Positions 44,896-53,681 of a stretch of DNA of 64,000 bases are shown piece after piece. How positions within the stretch are numbered: position 1 is the first letter of the stretch; each line of letters begins with the position of its first letter. The translations under genes were made by a program, and so were the position numbers. Source of the stretch: a virus; IMG/VR virus record IMGVR_UViG_3300045988_151707, positions 1 through 64,000 of that record. The stretch is one strand, 5' to 3'. A model generated the notes under the pieces. The model had not been told where the DNA came from. It was given only the letters and a program-made list of their open reading frames with translations, and searched no databases.

Positions 44896-45266
44896 AATGT
44901 CACGATTGAGATTGATGGTTTGTTTTTCAGTGCTGACTGGATTTCTTCGTCTTCAATGATTGAGGCATAGTCTTTTGCCGGAAGTGTGAGTGGGATAACG
45001 GAGTTGCTGTCTGTATTCTCGATAAAGAACAGCAGTGCCTCGCGGCTTATGCCGGGTTCTTCGGTTATCGTTCCCCATTCCTGCACTATGCAGGTTTCGT
45101 ATTCGCGATTGATGAAGAAGTCTGCTCCTTCGGGTTTCTCTGTTTCGCAGTATGGCTTGTAGCCTTGTGCGATGATTTCTTCTTCAGCAAGTTTTCCGCC
45201 TACTTCCTGTCCTTTCTCTACTTCTTTGACGAGTAGCTGGTCATTTTCGATTTTTGCGTACTTCAT
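44892..45266 (-). CDS. Hypothetical protein
   Basis: Start placed at MKYAKIENDQLL (45266). The longer ORF-track version would overlap the RT 3' end. Confidence 0.45.
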   Translation of the reverse strand: MKYAKIENDQLLVKEVEKGQEVGGKLAEEEIIAQGYKPYCETEKPEGADFFINREYETCIVQEWGTITEEPGISREALLFFIENTDSNSVIPLTLPAKDYASIIEDEEIQSALKNKPSISIVTL

Positions 45267-45303
45267 GTTATCAATGTTTTTAAATGTTGCTATCAGTTGT
45301 CCG

Positions 45304-46776
45304 TTATGCTCGCATATATGCAGGTTCGCGGAGCTGTAGGGGGAGCCTCCTTTTCGGATAGTACCTTTCCGGCGGTCTGAATATGGAAGCATAGTCGTTC
45401 AGGTTTAGATATGATGTCTTGTTTGGTTTGTATTTGCTTTTCAGCACACAGACGAAGCTGCCGTTCTTGTTGCGGAAATACAGCCATTCGGAAAATGTTT
45501 CCAAAGCTTTCTTTGCTATGCGCTTTTTGATGTTGAAGGATGCTGTTCCTTTCATCAGACCGAAATAGCTGTTTATGCTTTGCATGACGTGTACGGCGTT
45601 ATCGTACGACGGCATCCGGCTGTATTCTTCTATCGCTGTATGAAGGGCGTGTACTGTGCGGTTGGATATGTAGATACGGTTCAGCTTTACTACTTTTCCG
45701 CAGAACTTTACTCCGTGTGAGGCCGGCTGTATGTAGAATTTATCGGGATGGACTTTTAGTTTCAGCCGTCCGGTCGCTTTTATGAATACTTTCCGGGCAT
45801 GGATTATTTCGGCTGCTGTTTCTGCCACCACGCATATATCATCTACAAACCGTGTGTATCTCACTCCGGCTTTTATCATTTCCGCATCAGCTTCCGCCAT
45901 GACGAGGTTTGCGAGGAGTTGGGAATAGAAGTTTCCTATCGGGAGTCCTTTATCGGGTGGAAGTCCGAAAAGGCTTTTGTTGGGCGGAACTTTATCCCAC
46001 ATTTTTATATCGGAGCGTCGCTCGCAGTCTGTGGCCGGATTGTGCTGTATCAGGGTGTGAAGCAGGGAGAGTTTTTCTTCCTTATCGGGTTTATCGTAAT
46101 ACATATCGGCGTATTTCCGAAAGATGCGGTATGCTGTTTCCTTGTCTATCGACATAAAGAAGCCTGATATATCCATTGTGGCCACAAAGGCTTTCTTTGT
46201 GTAACCGTCCGTTACATCACGAATATTCCGCTGTATCTGCTCGATGGCTGTAGATGCGGAATGCCCGATACGGTTGCCGTGGCTTACATCACCATTGGCT
46301 TCGTGGACTTTCTCGCATATCTCGCCAAGCATCGGAGCGACGTAGTGGTGCACGATACGGTCGGTGTAGTTAGCTGCAAACACTTCTCTATATACAGGAT
46401 AGTCGAGGACAAAACAGATGCTTGTCTGTGGCTGGTAGCCGTTGTCTATTCTGTTTATCAATTCATAAATACGCGACAGGTTGAAATGAAACGATGCTGC
46501 TTCGAGCGATGCGTGCTTGTTTTTGTAACAGTCACTTTCGGCAGCTATCCAGGCGGGCACTTTTTCTGATAAATCGGAGGCCGGCACCACGCTATAGGTG
46601 TTGTTCGTGTTGTTGTTGTTCAAGTTGCCATTTCCCATGTTCACATACCAGGCGTTGTTGCCATTGTTGCGGACACAGCTCCAGACGTTGCCGCCCAGGA
46701 CTTCTGCCCTGTTAATCGAAATAGCTTGCTCACCGCAAGCACAGGGACCTTTATCATTAAACAGTTCTGCCGACAT
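45304..46776 (-). CDS. DGR reverse transcriptase (the ORF as drawn also contains the TR; true start uncertain)
   Basis: YxDD box as RYTRFVDDICVV. DGR-typical LPIGNFYSQLLANL (SQ motif). N-terminal ..FHFNL...YQPQ....FAANYTDRIVHH. No in-frame ATG between 46776 and the conserved RT N-terminus; a GTG lies at 46560. Confidence 0.9.
   Translation of the reverse strand: MSAELFNDKGPCACGEQAISINRAEVLGGNVWSCVRNNGNNAWYVNMGNGNLNNNNTNNTYSVVPASDLSEKVPAWIAAESDCYKNKHASLEAASFHFNLSRIYELINRIDNGYQPQTSICFVLDYPVYREVFAANYTDRIVHHYVAPMLGEICEKVHEANGDVSHGNRIGHSASTAIEQIQRNIRDVTDGYTKKAFVATMDISGFFMSIDKETAYRIFRKYADMYYDKPDKEEKLSLLHTLIQHNPATDCERRSDIKMWDKVPPNKSLFGLPPDKGLPIGNFYSQLLANLVMAEADAEMIKAGVRYTRFVDDICVVAETAAEIIHARKVFIKATGRLKLKVHPDKFYIQPASHGVKFCGKVVKLNRIYISNRTVHALHTAIEEYSRMPSYDNAVHVMQSINSYFGLMKGTASFNIKKRIAKKALETFSEWLYFRNKNGSFVCVLKSKYKPNKTSYLNLNDYASIFRPPERYYPKRRLPLQLREPAYMRA
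46575..46701 (-). repeat. DGR template repeat (TR), 127 bp
   Basis: Aligns without gaps to 47219-47345. 15 mismatches, every one a T in TR on the plus strand (an A on the coding strand). Rich in AAC codons (NNGNN..NLNNNNTNNT). Confidence 0.93.
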
Positions 46777-46779
46777 AGT

Positions 46780-47133
46780 TCAAGACTTTTCGGATCTGAC
46801 ATTCTTTATCCTCGCAAGCGAAGATAAAATATTATCGCACAAAACGTCTATTACAGACGCTTTCTCTTTGCTGCATCCTCCAAGAGCCACTATCAAGTAT
46901 ATCCCGAACTGCAACTCGTATGTCAGTTCTGTAGCTCTTTTATAATAGTCCATTCCACGGACCTGGCGCATAGCGTAGATGAAGAGTAATGCGCCTTGCT
47001 TCAGCATAGGATCTATATATGTTCTGCTTATGACCTTATAAGCTTTGCTGTTGATTTCTATGAGACAATTATTCAGGCGTATCACATCCTGAATAATCGG
47101 TGCGTCCAAATGTTTCCTCCCGGATCTGTTCAT
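46780..47133 (-). CDS. avd: Accessory variability determinant (Avd-like four-helix-bundle protein)
   Basis: 117 aa, helical and basic. Sits between the target gene and the TR, as in the Bordetella phage BPP-1 cassette. Confidence 0.75.
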   Translation of the reverse strand: MNRSGRKHLDAPIIQDVIRLNNCLIEINSKAYKVISRTYIDPMLKQGALLFIYAMRQVRGMDYYKRATELTYELQFGIYLIVALGGCSKEKASVIDVLCDNILSSLARIKNVRSEKS

Positions 47134-47183
47134 TTCTATTGTCGCGTATTAAATGTTAATATATTTTAATGCAAAAGTTAATG

Positions 47184-47202
47184 AGCCGTGCTCCGCACGG
47201 CT
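47184..47202 (-). other. GC-rich hairpin just 3' of the VR (8-bp stem, 3-nt loop)
   Basis: AGCCGTGC-TCC-GCACGGCT, 9 nt past the target-gene stop codon. Confidence 0.8.
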
Positions 47203-47210
47203 GAGATAAA

Positions 47211-48629
47211 TCAAAAAGCGGAGGCCGGCACCACGCTACAGGTGCCGTACGCGTTGCCGTAGTACAAGGTGCCATTACCCATGTGCACATACCAGGCGTA
47301 GTTGCCACTGTAGCGGACACAGCTCCAGACGTTGCCGCCCAGGACGCCAGGTATGCCCCATTTTTCATAACTGTTAAGATAGTTTATCAATCCTGAAATT
47401 ATGCTTTTGTTTGTCCAGTATGGATATAATTCTTTCTCTCCTGCCATATACTTCCCTTCAAGTGTTTTGATGTAATACACAGCATGAGAGTCCGCCATAT
47501 TCCATTCGTAATTTGTACTGGAATTTCCCGGTCTGCTTATGTATGGGGTAATGATATACCAATAACCGTCAACGGTTATGGCTTCCGCTCCTTTTGCGCC
47601 CGGAGAAAGAAGAGGTCGTTCGGCGGAGTTTACTCCGGTGTCGTTCATGTTTACACCGTTTGTTTTCTGCTGTTCGTACAGCCATTCAGCGTATTCAGGT
47701 TTAAAATAATATGCGTTGTTTACTGAATACTTATTATTTGTATTGTACATTGCTTTCAAACCTGTGTTCTGGCCGTTTACGAAGAAAAACATATCTTCAC
47801 CTAACTGAGCCTGTACGCCTGATGAATTTAGGATTTCCACATCGGTTATTGTGCCTTCTGCTTCAGAAGATGTTATGCCGCTACAGATGGCAAACCTGTG
47901 GCGAAGCCATTCATTCTGTACATACATGGATTCAAGACGTTCGGCGTAATTATCCGCTATCATAGCATTTACATTACCGCAATTCTTTTCCATTATCCAG
48001 CGTTGCTTGGTATTACCGCTATAAAGTTCAAGCTTGTCGTCTTCCGTTACGGTTACGCTCCAGTCGGCTGCGAAGTGACTTCCTGCAGCATGGGTGCCAA
48101 GGTTCTCATCTATGGTTCCATGATAGTCTGTTCCTTCTCCTGTTCCGGTTCTCTGATCGTATTCATAAACGGAATGCTGCATTGCGTTTGATGCTTTGCT
48201 TGTAGTACCGGACGTGGCGTAATATTCTCCCTGCCACGGCCAATACAATATCGTTCTTATCCCGTTGCACTCCAAAGAGAATCCTACCGGAGGAGCAATG
48301 AGTTCGTTGTCGAAGCCGTTGGCCACGCTGCGCTCGTTCCATTCTTTTACCGTGTAATGCTTCAGGTCTGCATCTACAATCTTGATATGGTCGTTTGTAG
48401 CTACGGCTTCCGTCTTGCCTTCTTTTGTTGTGATGGCAGTGGAGCGTACCGGCAGTATCAGCATTTGCGATTCAAAGGCGTATTCATCCCCTGTCGGAAT
48501 GGCTGCTATTTTAGCCGGATATTCGGAAAGGATTTCTCCTACATTTTCTACACCCTTTGCTTCAATGGCTGCCTTTATGGCGGCTTTGCTTTCTTTTAAC
48601 TTGTTTAGTTTGTCTGCTGTCGTTCCCAT
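47211..48629 (-). CDS. DGR target protein (tail-fibre / receptor-binding candidate) with C-terminal variable region
   Basis: 472 aa. The last 42 codons (VLGGNVWSCVRYSGNYAWYVHMGNGTLYYGNAYGTCSVVPASAF) form the VR. N-terminus is fibre-like and helical (MGTTADKLNKLKESKAAIKAAIEAKG). Confidence 0.9.
   Translation of the reverse strand: MGTTADKLNKLKESKAAIKAAIEAKGVENVGEILSEYPAKIAAIPTGDEYAFESQMLILPVRSTAITTKEGKTEAVATNDHIKIVDADLKHYTVKEWNERSVANGFDNELIAPPVGFSLECNGIRTILYWPWQGEYYATSGTTSKASNAMQHSVYEYDQRTGTGEGTDYHGTIDENLGTHAAGSHFAADWSVTVTEDDKLELYSGNTKQRWIMEKNCGNVNAMIADNYAERLESMYVQNEWLRHRFAICSGITSSEAEGTITDVEILNSSGVQAQLGEDMFFFVNGQNTGLKAMYNTNNKYSVNNAYYFKPEYAEWLYEQQKTNGVNMNDTGVNSAERPLLSPGAKGAEAITVDGYWYIITPYISRPGNSSTNYEWNMADSHAVYYIKTLEGKYMAGEKELYPYWTNKSIISGLINYLNSYEKWGIPGVLGGNVWSCVRYSGNYAWYVHMGNGTLYYGNAYGTCSVVPASAF
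47219..47345 (-). repeat. DGR variable repeat (VR), 127 bp
   Basis: See TR. The shared GC-rich 3' end GGTGCCGGCCTCCG (coding sense) is followed by a 7-nt segment present only in the VR copy. Confidence 0.93.
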
Positions 48630-48880
48630 TATATCACCTCCCCGTTTATTTCATCAAGTACTGTGTTTATATCTCCTATAGCATTGCTTAAATCCTGAGA
48701 GGTGGCGTACCCTTTCTGCGCAAGAGTTTCTTCTGTTACATATCCTTCAGGAACTTGCTTTAAAGAAGAATTTACTCCATCAACGAGTTCGTCTATCTTC
48801 TTCGTTATAGCGTTCATTTCATCAGACTGCAACACCTGCTCTCTGGTGAATGTTTTATTTAATTTCTGAATATCTGCCAT
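48629..48880 (-). CDS. Small coiled-coil fibre-associated protein
   Basis: 83 aa. Its stop overlaps the start of the DGR target gene. Confidence 0.5.
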   Translation of the reverse strand: MADIQKLNKTFTREQVLQSDEMNAITKKIDELVDGVNSSLKQVPEGYVTEETLAQKGYATSQDLSNAIGDINTVLDEINGEVI

Positions 48881-48886
48881 GGCATA

Positions 48887-49027
48887 TTATTTTAATTTGT
48901 TTACATCGAGCTTTCCTTTGTCGAGTACGAGGTATTTTTCTTCAGGAGGAGATATATGCTTTTTCTTCTTAATCTCACAGAATCTATACGTCAAAAGCTT
49001 AAACGTATTTAGCTTAATAGGTTTCAT
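48887..49027 (-). CDS. Small hypothetical protein (46 aa, hand-called)
   Basis: MKPIKLNTFKLLTYRFCEIKKKKHISPPEEKYLVLDKGKLDVNKLK. ATGA overlap with the upstream stop. Fills the 48881-49023 gap. Confidence 0.3.
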   Translation of the reverse strand: MKPIKLNTFKLLTYRFCEIKKKKHISPPEEKYLVLDKGKLDVNKLK

Positions 49028-49323
49028 GATCCTGCCTCCCTTATGGTTGCTTTTGTAACTTTACTTGATACAACAATTTTAATATACTTAGGATAGACCG
49101 CATGACAAAAATCTGCATCTATTACGTCCCCCCACTTTAGTTCAATATATGAACGCCTATACTTTCCTTCATCACTTCCCCTTTGATAAATCTCCAATGT
49201 TCCTCCACTCTCCATTTCGATATGAAGATTATAGTCTGAGTTTACTTTTGTTTCTGATACAAATGATTTGCCTTCCTCATTAAATAATAATTCTCTCTGT
49301 TCCATGATATTTGTTTTTAGCAA
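49024..49323 (-). CDS. Hypothetical protein, first gene after a late-type promoter
   Basis: 99-aa ORF. Confidence 0.5.
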   Translation of the reverse strand: MLKTNIMEQRELLFNEEGKSFVSETKVNSDYNLHIEMESGGTLEIYQRGSDEGKYRRSYIELKWGDVIDADFCHAVYPKYIKIVVSSKVTKATIREAGS

Positions 49324-49362
49324 AAATAAGTAACATACACAAAAATAAGAAGGACAAAAAAA
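49321..49362 (-). promoter_or_regulatory. Late-type promoter module (GTCCTTCT-N19-TATTTTTG)
   Basis: Minus strand reads TTTTTTTGTCCTTCT-N19-TATTTTTG. The -7 box abuts the ATG region of 49323. Confidence 0.55.
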
Positions 49363-49533
49363 CAGCTGTATATATATCGGATAAGACTACTTTTTTAAAA
49401 GGGAATCTAATTAAAATTGTCTCACATTTTATATTTTACACCGTTTTTCAGCACTTTTTCCATTTAATCAGAAATTGTGAAACTCAAACACAACCAAATC
49501 AATATTTTTGCAATAAACAAACTACTTATCATT

Positions 49534-50208
49534 ATGAAAAAAAACTTATTTTTTACATTGACTTTAATTTTAATTATGTGCTTGTTTACTTCTTGCGGAA
49601 GTACATATATGGCTGTTTACGATTTAGGTCTTTCTTCTGTTGAAAGCCCTTCATACTCAAAAGATCCATTTGGTAATTCGGAAATAGTAAAGATTTCTGA
49701 TGAAGTCCCTTCAAAAAATAAAAAGGCTCAGATTGTAAACAAATACAGATACACGGATAAATACATTGACATTGTGTGGTGGTACTCTACCACTCAGTTT
49801 GAATTTGAGCTGAAAAATGTTTCAGAAAAAACACTGAAAATAAATTGGGATGATGTAACCTTTATGGACTATACAGGTAATATAAGCCGGATTATGCACA
49901 AAGGAGTAAAATACATAGACAAAGATAAAAGTCAGGGAAGCATAAGCATACCCAAAAACGGAAAGCTAAACGATATTATAGTCCCTACGTCAAATGTATA
50001 TTTCAGTCAGGGGTTTGGCGTTTATGTTCCTTCTGAATGGAAACAAAAATCAATCATTCCATGTTTCTACAAGAGTAAGAAAGAAATGCAGAATGATATT
50101 GACAATAAAATTTGGATAGGTAAAAAAGTACAAATACTTTTCCCGATAGAGATTGAAGGAAAGAAAAATGACTACAATTTTGAGTTTACAGTTAACGGTA
50201 CATACTGA
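49534..50208 (+). CDS. Lipoprotein (AT-rich plus-strand moron)
   Basis: MKKNLFFTLTLILIMCLFTSC lipobox. TATTTTTG -7 box at 49503-49510. Opposite strand to all neighbours. Confidence 0.7.
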   Translation: MKKNLFFTLTLILIMCLFTSCGSTYMAVYDLGLSSVESPSYSKDPFGNSEIVKISDEVPSKNKKAQIVNKYRYTDKYIDIVWWYSTTQFEFELKNVSEKTLKINWDDVTFMDYTGNISRIMHKGVKYIDKDKSQGSISIPKNGKLNDIIVPTSNVYFSQGFGVYVPSEWKQKSIIPCFYKSKKEMQNDIDNKIWIGKKVQILFPIEIEGKKNDYNFEFTVNGTY

Positions 50209-50220
50209 TAATAAAAAAAC

Positions 50221-50259
50221 AATGCAGCCGGGGAAGAAACGACAAAACCCGGCTGCATT
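50221..50259. terminator. Bidirectional terminator (12-bp stem)
   Basis: AATGCAGCCGGG-15 nt-CCCGGCTGCATT flanked by A7 and T-rich tracts. Confidence 0.7.
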
Positions 50260-50415
50260 TTCATTCATATAGGGTGGAAAGACAAACTACATCATCTTTT
50301 TCTCATAATTATATCGCCCACCACATTTGCCAGCACATTAGAGCCAAATCCTCTTATCCCGTCAAGTTGAGCTACCATACGTATAAGGAGGTCCAGCTTT
50401 TCTTCTATGCGGCTG

Positions 50416-50964
50416 TTACATGGCTGCCGGCTCTCCGTACATGCGCTTCTTGAAGTAACGGCGCACCTGAAAGTTCATATCTTTGTCCTTAAGATAGGAA
50501 ACGGCCTTTTTGTAACATGAAAGAGCCATCTTTTCATTCGGTACTTCCGATGGCTTCTTGAAGCCCATATCCTCTGCAATACTGTAAGCCATGTCGCTGT
50601 AAATCATGTTTGCTGTAACACAGAGCGCATACGAATTGTAGAACGGTTTTTCTTCAGGAATACCTCCTAGCTGCTTCACCGCAGAAACAAATGTGTCGTG
50701 ACCCCAGTGGAATCCCTGAACACCGTCTTCATTTATCATTGTTTTCCCAATGTTTACGGCTTCACTTTCGTCCAGGTAATTATTCCACTCTGTTGCTTCG
50801 AGGTGCGCCAGCCAGTTTCTTGCCATCTCCGGATGCACCTTTGCCAACTCGCGGAACATGTATTTTTCGGCTTCCCCGAAAATCTTCATATTTTTCACAT
50901 CCTTGCTTTCTTTCATCAAGGCGTACAGATAATTGTATCTGTCTATCATTTGTTCGGTTGTCAT
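50416..50964 (-). CDS. Hypothetical protein
   Basis: Start placed at MTTEQMIDRY. The ORF track extends to 51027. Confidence 0.5.
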   Translation of the reverse strand: MTTEQMIDRYNYLYALMKESKDVKNMKIFGEAEKYMFRELAKVHPEMARNWLAHLEATEWNNYLDESEAVNIGKTMINEDGVQGFHWGHDTFVSAVKQLGGIPEEKPFYNSYALCVTANMIYSDMAYSIAEDMGFKKPSEVPNEKMALSCYKKAVSYLKDKDMNFQVRRYFKKRMYGEPAAM

Positions 50965-51111
50965 GTCTATTTGTTTTAAATTAGTTTCTCCAAAACTTCC
51001 CGCCCTCGCGGACGGGAAGCCACTCAAACATTTTTCCTTTTCCTTCGCTTTTTTACGGGTTCATCGGCGGATGCCAGACTGAAAGCGCTAAACGCGGCTG
51101 CCTGAACTTCG

Positions 51112-51528
51112 TTAAGCGGGAAAGGTAGCAGTAATCGTGACCGGGACTGCAATCAGTGCGCCGCAAGCAGAGCAACCGCAACCGTTCTCATTGTAAGAGA
51201 ATACCTGCGGAACTAAAGCTGTAGCTACCACACTGGTAGGGGCTGTATTTGCCGCACCGATGAAGGTTACTGTAAACTGTTCGGTCCACTGAATAGTCTT
51301 TGCTGCACATCCGTTTTTCGGAGTGTAGGTCAGAGTTACAGCTGCGTTGATAAGCGCAATGTTCTGCGTGTTGTTGTTTGTGACGCTTGCTACACTGAAT
51401 ACGACGGTAGCAGTAGGTTGAACGCCGTTGTTCACGCAATAAGCCTGACGCAGTTTCTTAGTGATGTTTACCGTCAGTGGCTGAGCGGTAGCTGTCGGAA
51501 CTCCAGACAAAGTAATTGACTGAATCAT
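51112..51528 (-). CDS. Hypothetical beta-rich protein (virion protein candidate)
   Basis: 138 aa, T/V/A-rich, with C-terminal NGCGCSACG. Confidence 0.45.
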   Translation of the reverse strand: MIQSITLSGVPTATAQPLTVNITKKLRQAYCVNNGVQPTATVVFSVASVTNNNTQNIALINAAVTLTYTPKNGCAAKTIQWTEQFTVTFIGAANTAPTSVVATALVPQVFSYNENGCGCSACGALIAVPVTITATFPA

Positions 51529-51589
51529 AGTTGTGTTGTGTTTGTGTTATATATCTTTTACAGGACACCAGGCCGCCTGTATTCGGCAC

Positions 51590-52087
51590 TTATTTCTCTT
51601 CTTTTTCTCGTGTTTCATTCTTTGGTGCAGGCTGCGGTTGTGGGTGCGACGGCTGTGCGGGCTGCTGCGGAACCTTCACCACATATTCCTCGGGTTTCTG
51701 ATACGGAAGGTTGCAGTCCAGGTATTTCTTCAGTTCCACCAGGTCATCGCGGTCAAAAGTGAAGAATCCGTCGATAACAGATAGCTTCCCCTGCTGGATG
51801 GCAGAATCTACATAACCATGAGCCAGTTCCGGGATCATGTCGTCCGGAATGCGGGACACAAATCGTTCAAGGAACGGACGGATCATTTTTGTCCCTCCTA
51901 AAGATGCCAGCGAATTGATTTCATTGGAAATCTGCCATCCGGGGCCTGCGAGTCCGATTGACTTGAATAACTTCTCCACCGGAAGCATACCGGCAGAAAT
52001 ACCGTTGAGCGTATTGCCCATCATAACCGGAATGACCGGCTCACCCCATTTCAGGATGACAGCGGTCAGAATCTGTGCGTTTGTCAT
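51590..52087 (-). CDS. Hypothetical protein with Pro/Gln-rich tail
   Basis: 165-aa ORF. Confidence 0.5.
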   Translation of the reverse strand: MTNAQILTAVILKWGEPVIPVMMGNTLNGISAGMLPVEKLFKSIGLAGPGWQISNEINSLASLGGTKMIRPFLERFVSRIPDDMIPELAHGYVDSAIQQGKLSVIDGFFTFDRDDLVELKKYLDCNLPYQKPEEYVVKVPQQPAQPSHPQPQPAPKNETREKEEK

Positions 52088-52176
52088 TGTGCTGCGTGTT
52101 TGAGTTTTTTCTACAGTGCTTGAAAATCAAAAGGAAGGGGAAGACCGGACGGTCCTCCCCCGGGGCCAGTTTGGGG

Positions 52177-52689
52177 TTACTGGGCAGACGGACATCCGCA
52201 GCATCCATCCTGACATACGTTGCTTGACGGAATGTATGTCTTAGTGATAGCCTGCAAAGCGGCGATGCTGTTCTGCATGCACTGCAGAGCAGCGGTGTTG
52301 GTACCGTTGTAAACGGCCTGCTGCATGTTGACAGCTGTCTGAGCGTCTTTGTTGGAACGAACTTCCACTGCAAGTTCCTTGATCTGACCCTGCAAGTCTT
52401 TGTAGGCTTCCACAATCTTCTGATCAGTGTACTTGTCAGCCTTCAGCAAAGCGATTTCTGAATCCTTTGCATTCAGTTGTTCCACCATGTTCAACTCATA
52501 ACGGCTTACGGGCATGTTGTCTGAGCATACGCCTTCTGCGTTCCATCCCCAGCCATTGCGACCCAGGATGTTACCACCGTTGATACCCAAAAATGATGCG
52601 ATGCCTGCTGCTGCACCCACAGTGTTGAAATTACCTTGTCCCTGGCCGGTTACGTTGTAACTCTGGCCATCCATACCTTTGATTGTCAT
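52177..52689 (-). CDS. Hypothetical Gly-rich / coiled-coil protein with C-terminal Cys cluster
   Basis: Start placed at MTIKGMDGQ. Ends ..CQDGCCGCPSAQ. Confidence 0.5.
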   Translation of the reverse strand: MTIKGMDGQSYNVTGQGQGNFNTVGAAAGIASFLGINGGNILGRNGWGWNAEGVCSDNMPVSRYELNMVEQLNAKDSEIALLKADKYTDQKIVEAYKDLQGQIKELAVEVRSNKDAQTAVNMQQAVYNGTNTAALQCMQNSIAALQAITKTYIPSSNVCQDGCCGCPSAQ

Positions 52690-52753
52690 ACTGTTTTTTG
52701 TTTGTGTTGTGCCGTGAACTATTTCCCGACATGACAAAGGTACGGACGAAGCA

Positions 52754-53059
52754 TTACTCTGGGAATGAGTTATTTCCTAACCTCTTCCTGATTCTTTCGC
52801 AACTTATTCTGAATATTTTCTGTGTGCTGAGACGCTGGTCGAAATTGGTATGAATCTGGTTGACGGCACGCTCCGTCTTTCCGATTCTTGCAGCGATATA
52901 CGACGGATTCAATCCGCTCTGAAAAAGGAAATGCACCAGCAGATAGCGTGCATCTACCGTCTCTGTGTCCTTCCTTCCGGAAAGAATCTGTGCGGACGGT
53001 ATTTCCGTTTCCTCCGATACCATGCGGAGGATGGTGTTAAAAATCTCACTCTTGCTCAT
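52754..53059 (-). CDS. DnaA C-terminal-domain-like HTH protein
   Basis: ..ILSGRKDTETVDARYLLVHFLFQSGLNPSYIAARIGKTERAVNQ resembles the Bac_DnaA_C helix-turn-helix. Confidence 0.55.
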   Translation of the reverse strand: MSKSEIFNTILRMVSEETEIPSAQILSGRKDTETVDARYLLVHFLFQSGLNPSYIAARIGKTERAVNQIHTNFDQRLSTQKIFRISCERIRKRLGNNSFPE

Positions 53060-53115
53060 CGTTTCTTTGTTTATCTGGACACGTCTGCCCTGTGTTTTCT
53101 CTTGTGTTTAACGAA

Positions 53116-53146
53116 ACAACCTGCCGCTACCATTGCAGCAGGTTGT
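53116..53146 (-). terminator. Hairpin overlapping the stop codon of the last lysis-cassette gene
   Basis: ACAACCTGC-loop-GCAGGTTGT followed by TTTCGTT on the minus strand. Confidence 0.5.
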
Positions 53147-53681
53147 AATTAAGCGTAACGCCCAGAAACGGTTCTGTCTTCCCTGAAAGCCCTATCCCGC
53201 ATCCGGCGCTCAGTCCTATCCCCCACCTCTTTTTTTTCGGTGCCGGTGCATTTACCACCCCCGTCTGTGTGCGGCGGTAAAACTCTGCCGACACCAGTTG
53301 CGGGCGGTACCCTGAAATGACTATCCGGTAGTCGTCCGTGCGGTATTCCTTCTCTGTGAGAGGAATAATCACGTCCACGTTGTCTTTCCCTGTAGAAAGC
53401 GAATCAGAAACAACCGTAACCGTATCCGCTATGCTGTCCGGGATGGAAGCTGGTCCGGACGGTTTCTGCGGACGATATACCGGAAGGCGTGCGGTGTCTG
53501 TTCCTGCGGGACGCTCTGACACGGGAGGAGCAACTGCCGTGTCGCGTATCGTATCTACCCTGACGGGAAGCCATACGGTATCACCCTGCCCAGACTGCGG
53601 CGACGCGCATCCACGGAAGAAAAGCGAAAAGAGGAGCGCGGCCGACAGCAAGCCTACCAGTATCCACGGGAGCTGTTTCAT
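53127..53681 (-). CDS. Lipoprotein in the lysis cassette (spanin candidate)
   Basis: Signal peptide plus lipobox ..LLFSLFFRGC. Overlaps the amidase stop. Confidence 0.5.
   Translation of the reverse strand: MKQLPWILVGLLSAALLFSLFFRGCASPQSGQGDTVWLPVRVDTIRDTAVAPPVSERPAGTDTARLPVYRPQKPSGPASIPDSIADTVTVVSDSLSTGKDNVDVIIPLTEKEYRTDDYRIVISGYRPQLVSAEFYRRTQTGVVNAPAPKKKRWGIGLSAGCGIGLSGKTEPFLGVTLNYNLLQW

Larger units (their letters stand above)
45304..48629 (-). mobile_element. Diversity-generating retroelement (target/VR - avd - TR - RT)
   Basis: Gene order, RT motifs and adenine-specific TR/VR mismatches; see the component features. Confidence 0.92.

Noticed and set aside
47156-47368. 70-aa ORF overlapping the VR in another frame
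   Set aside because: It is an out-of-frame shadow of the DGR target gene's C-terminus.
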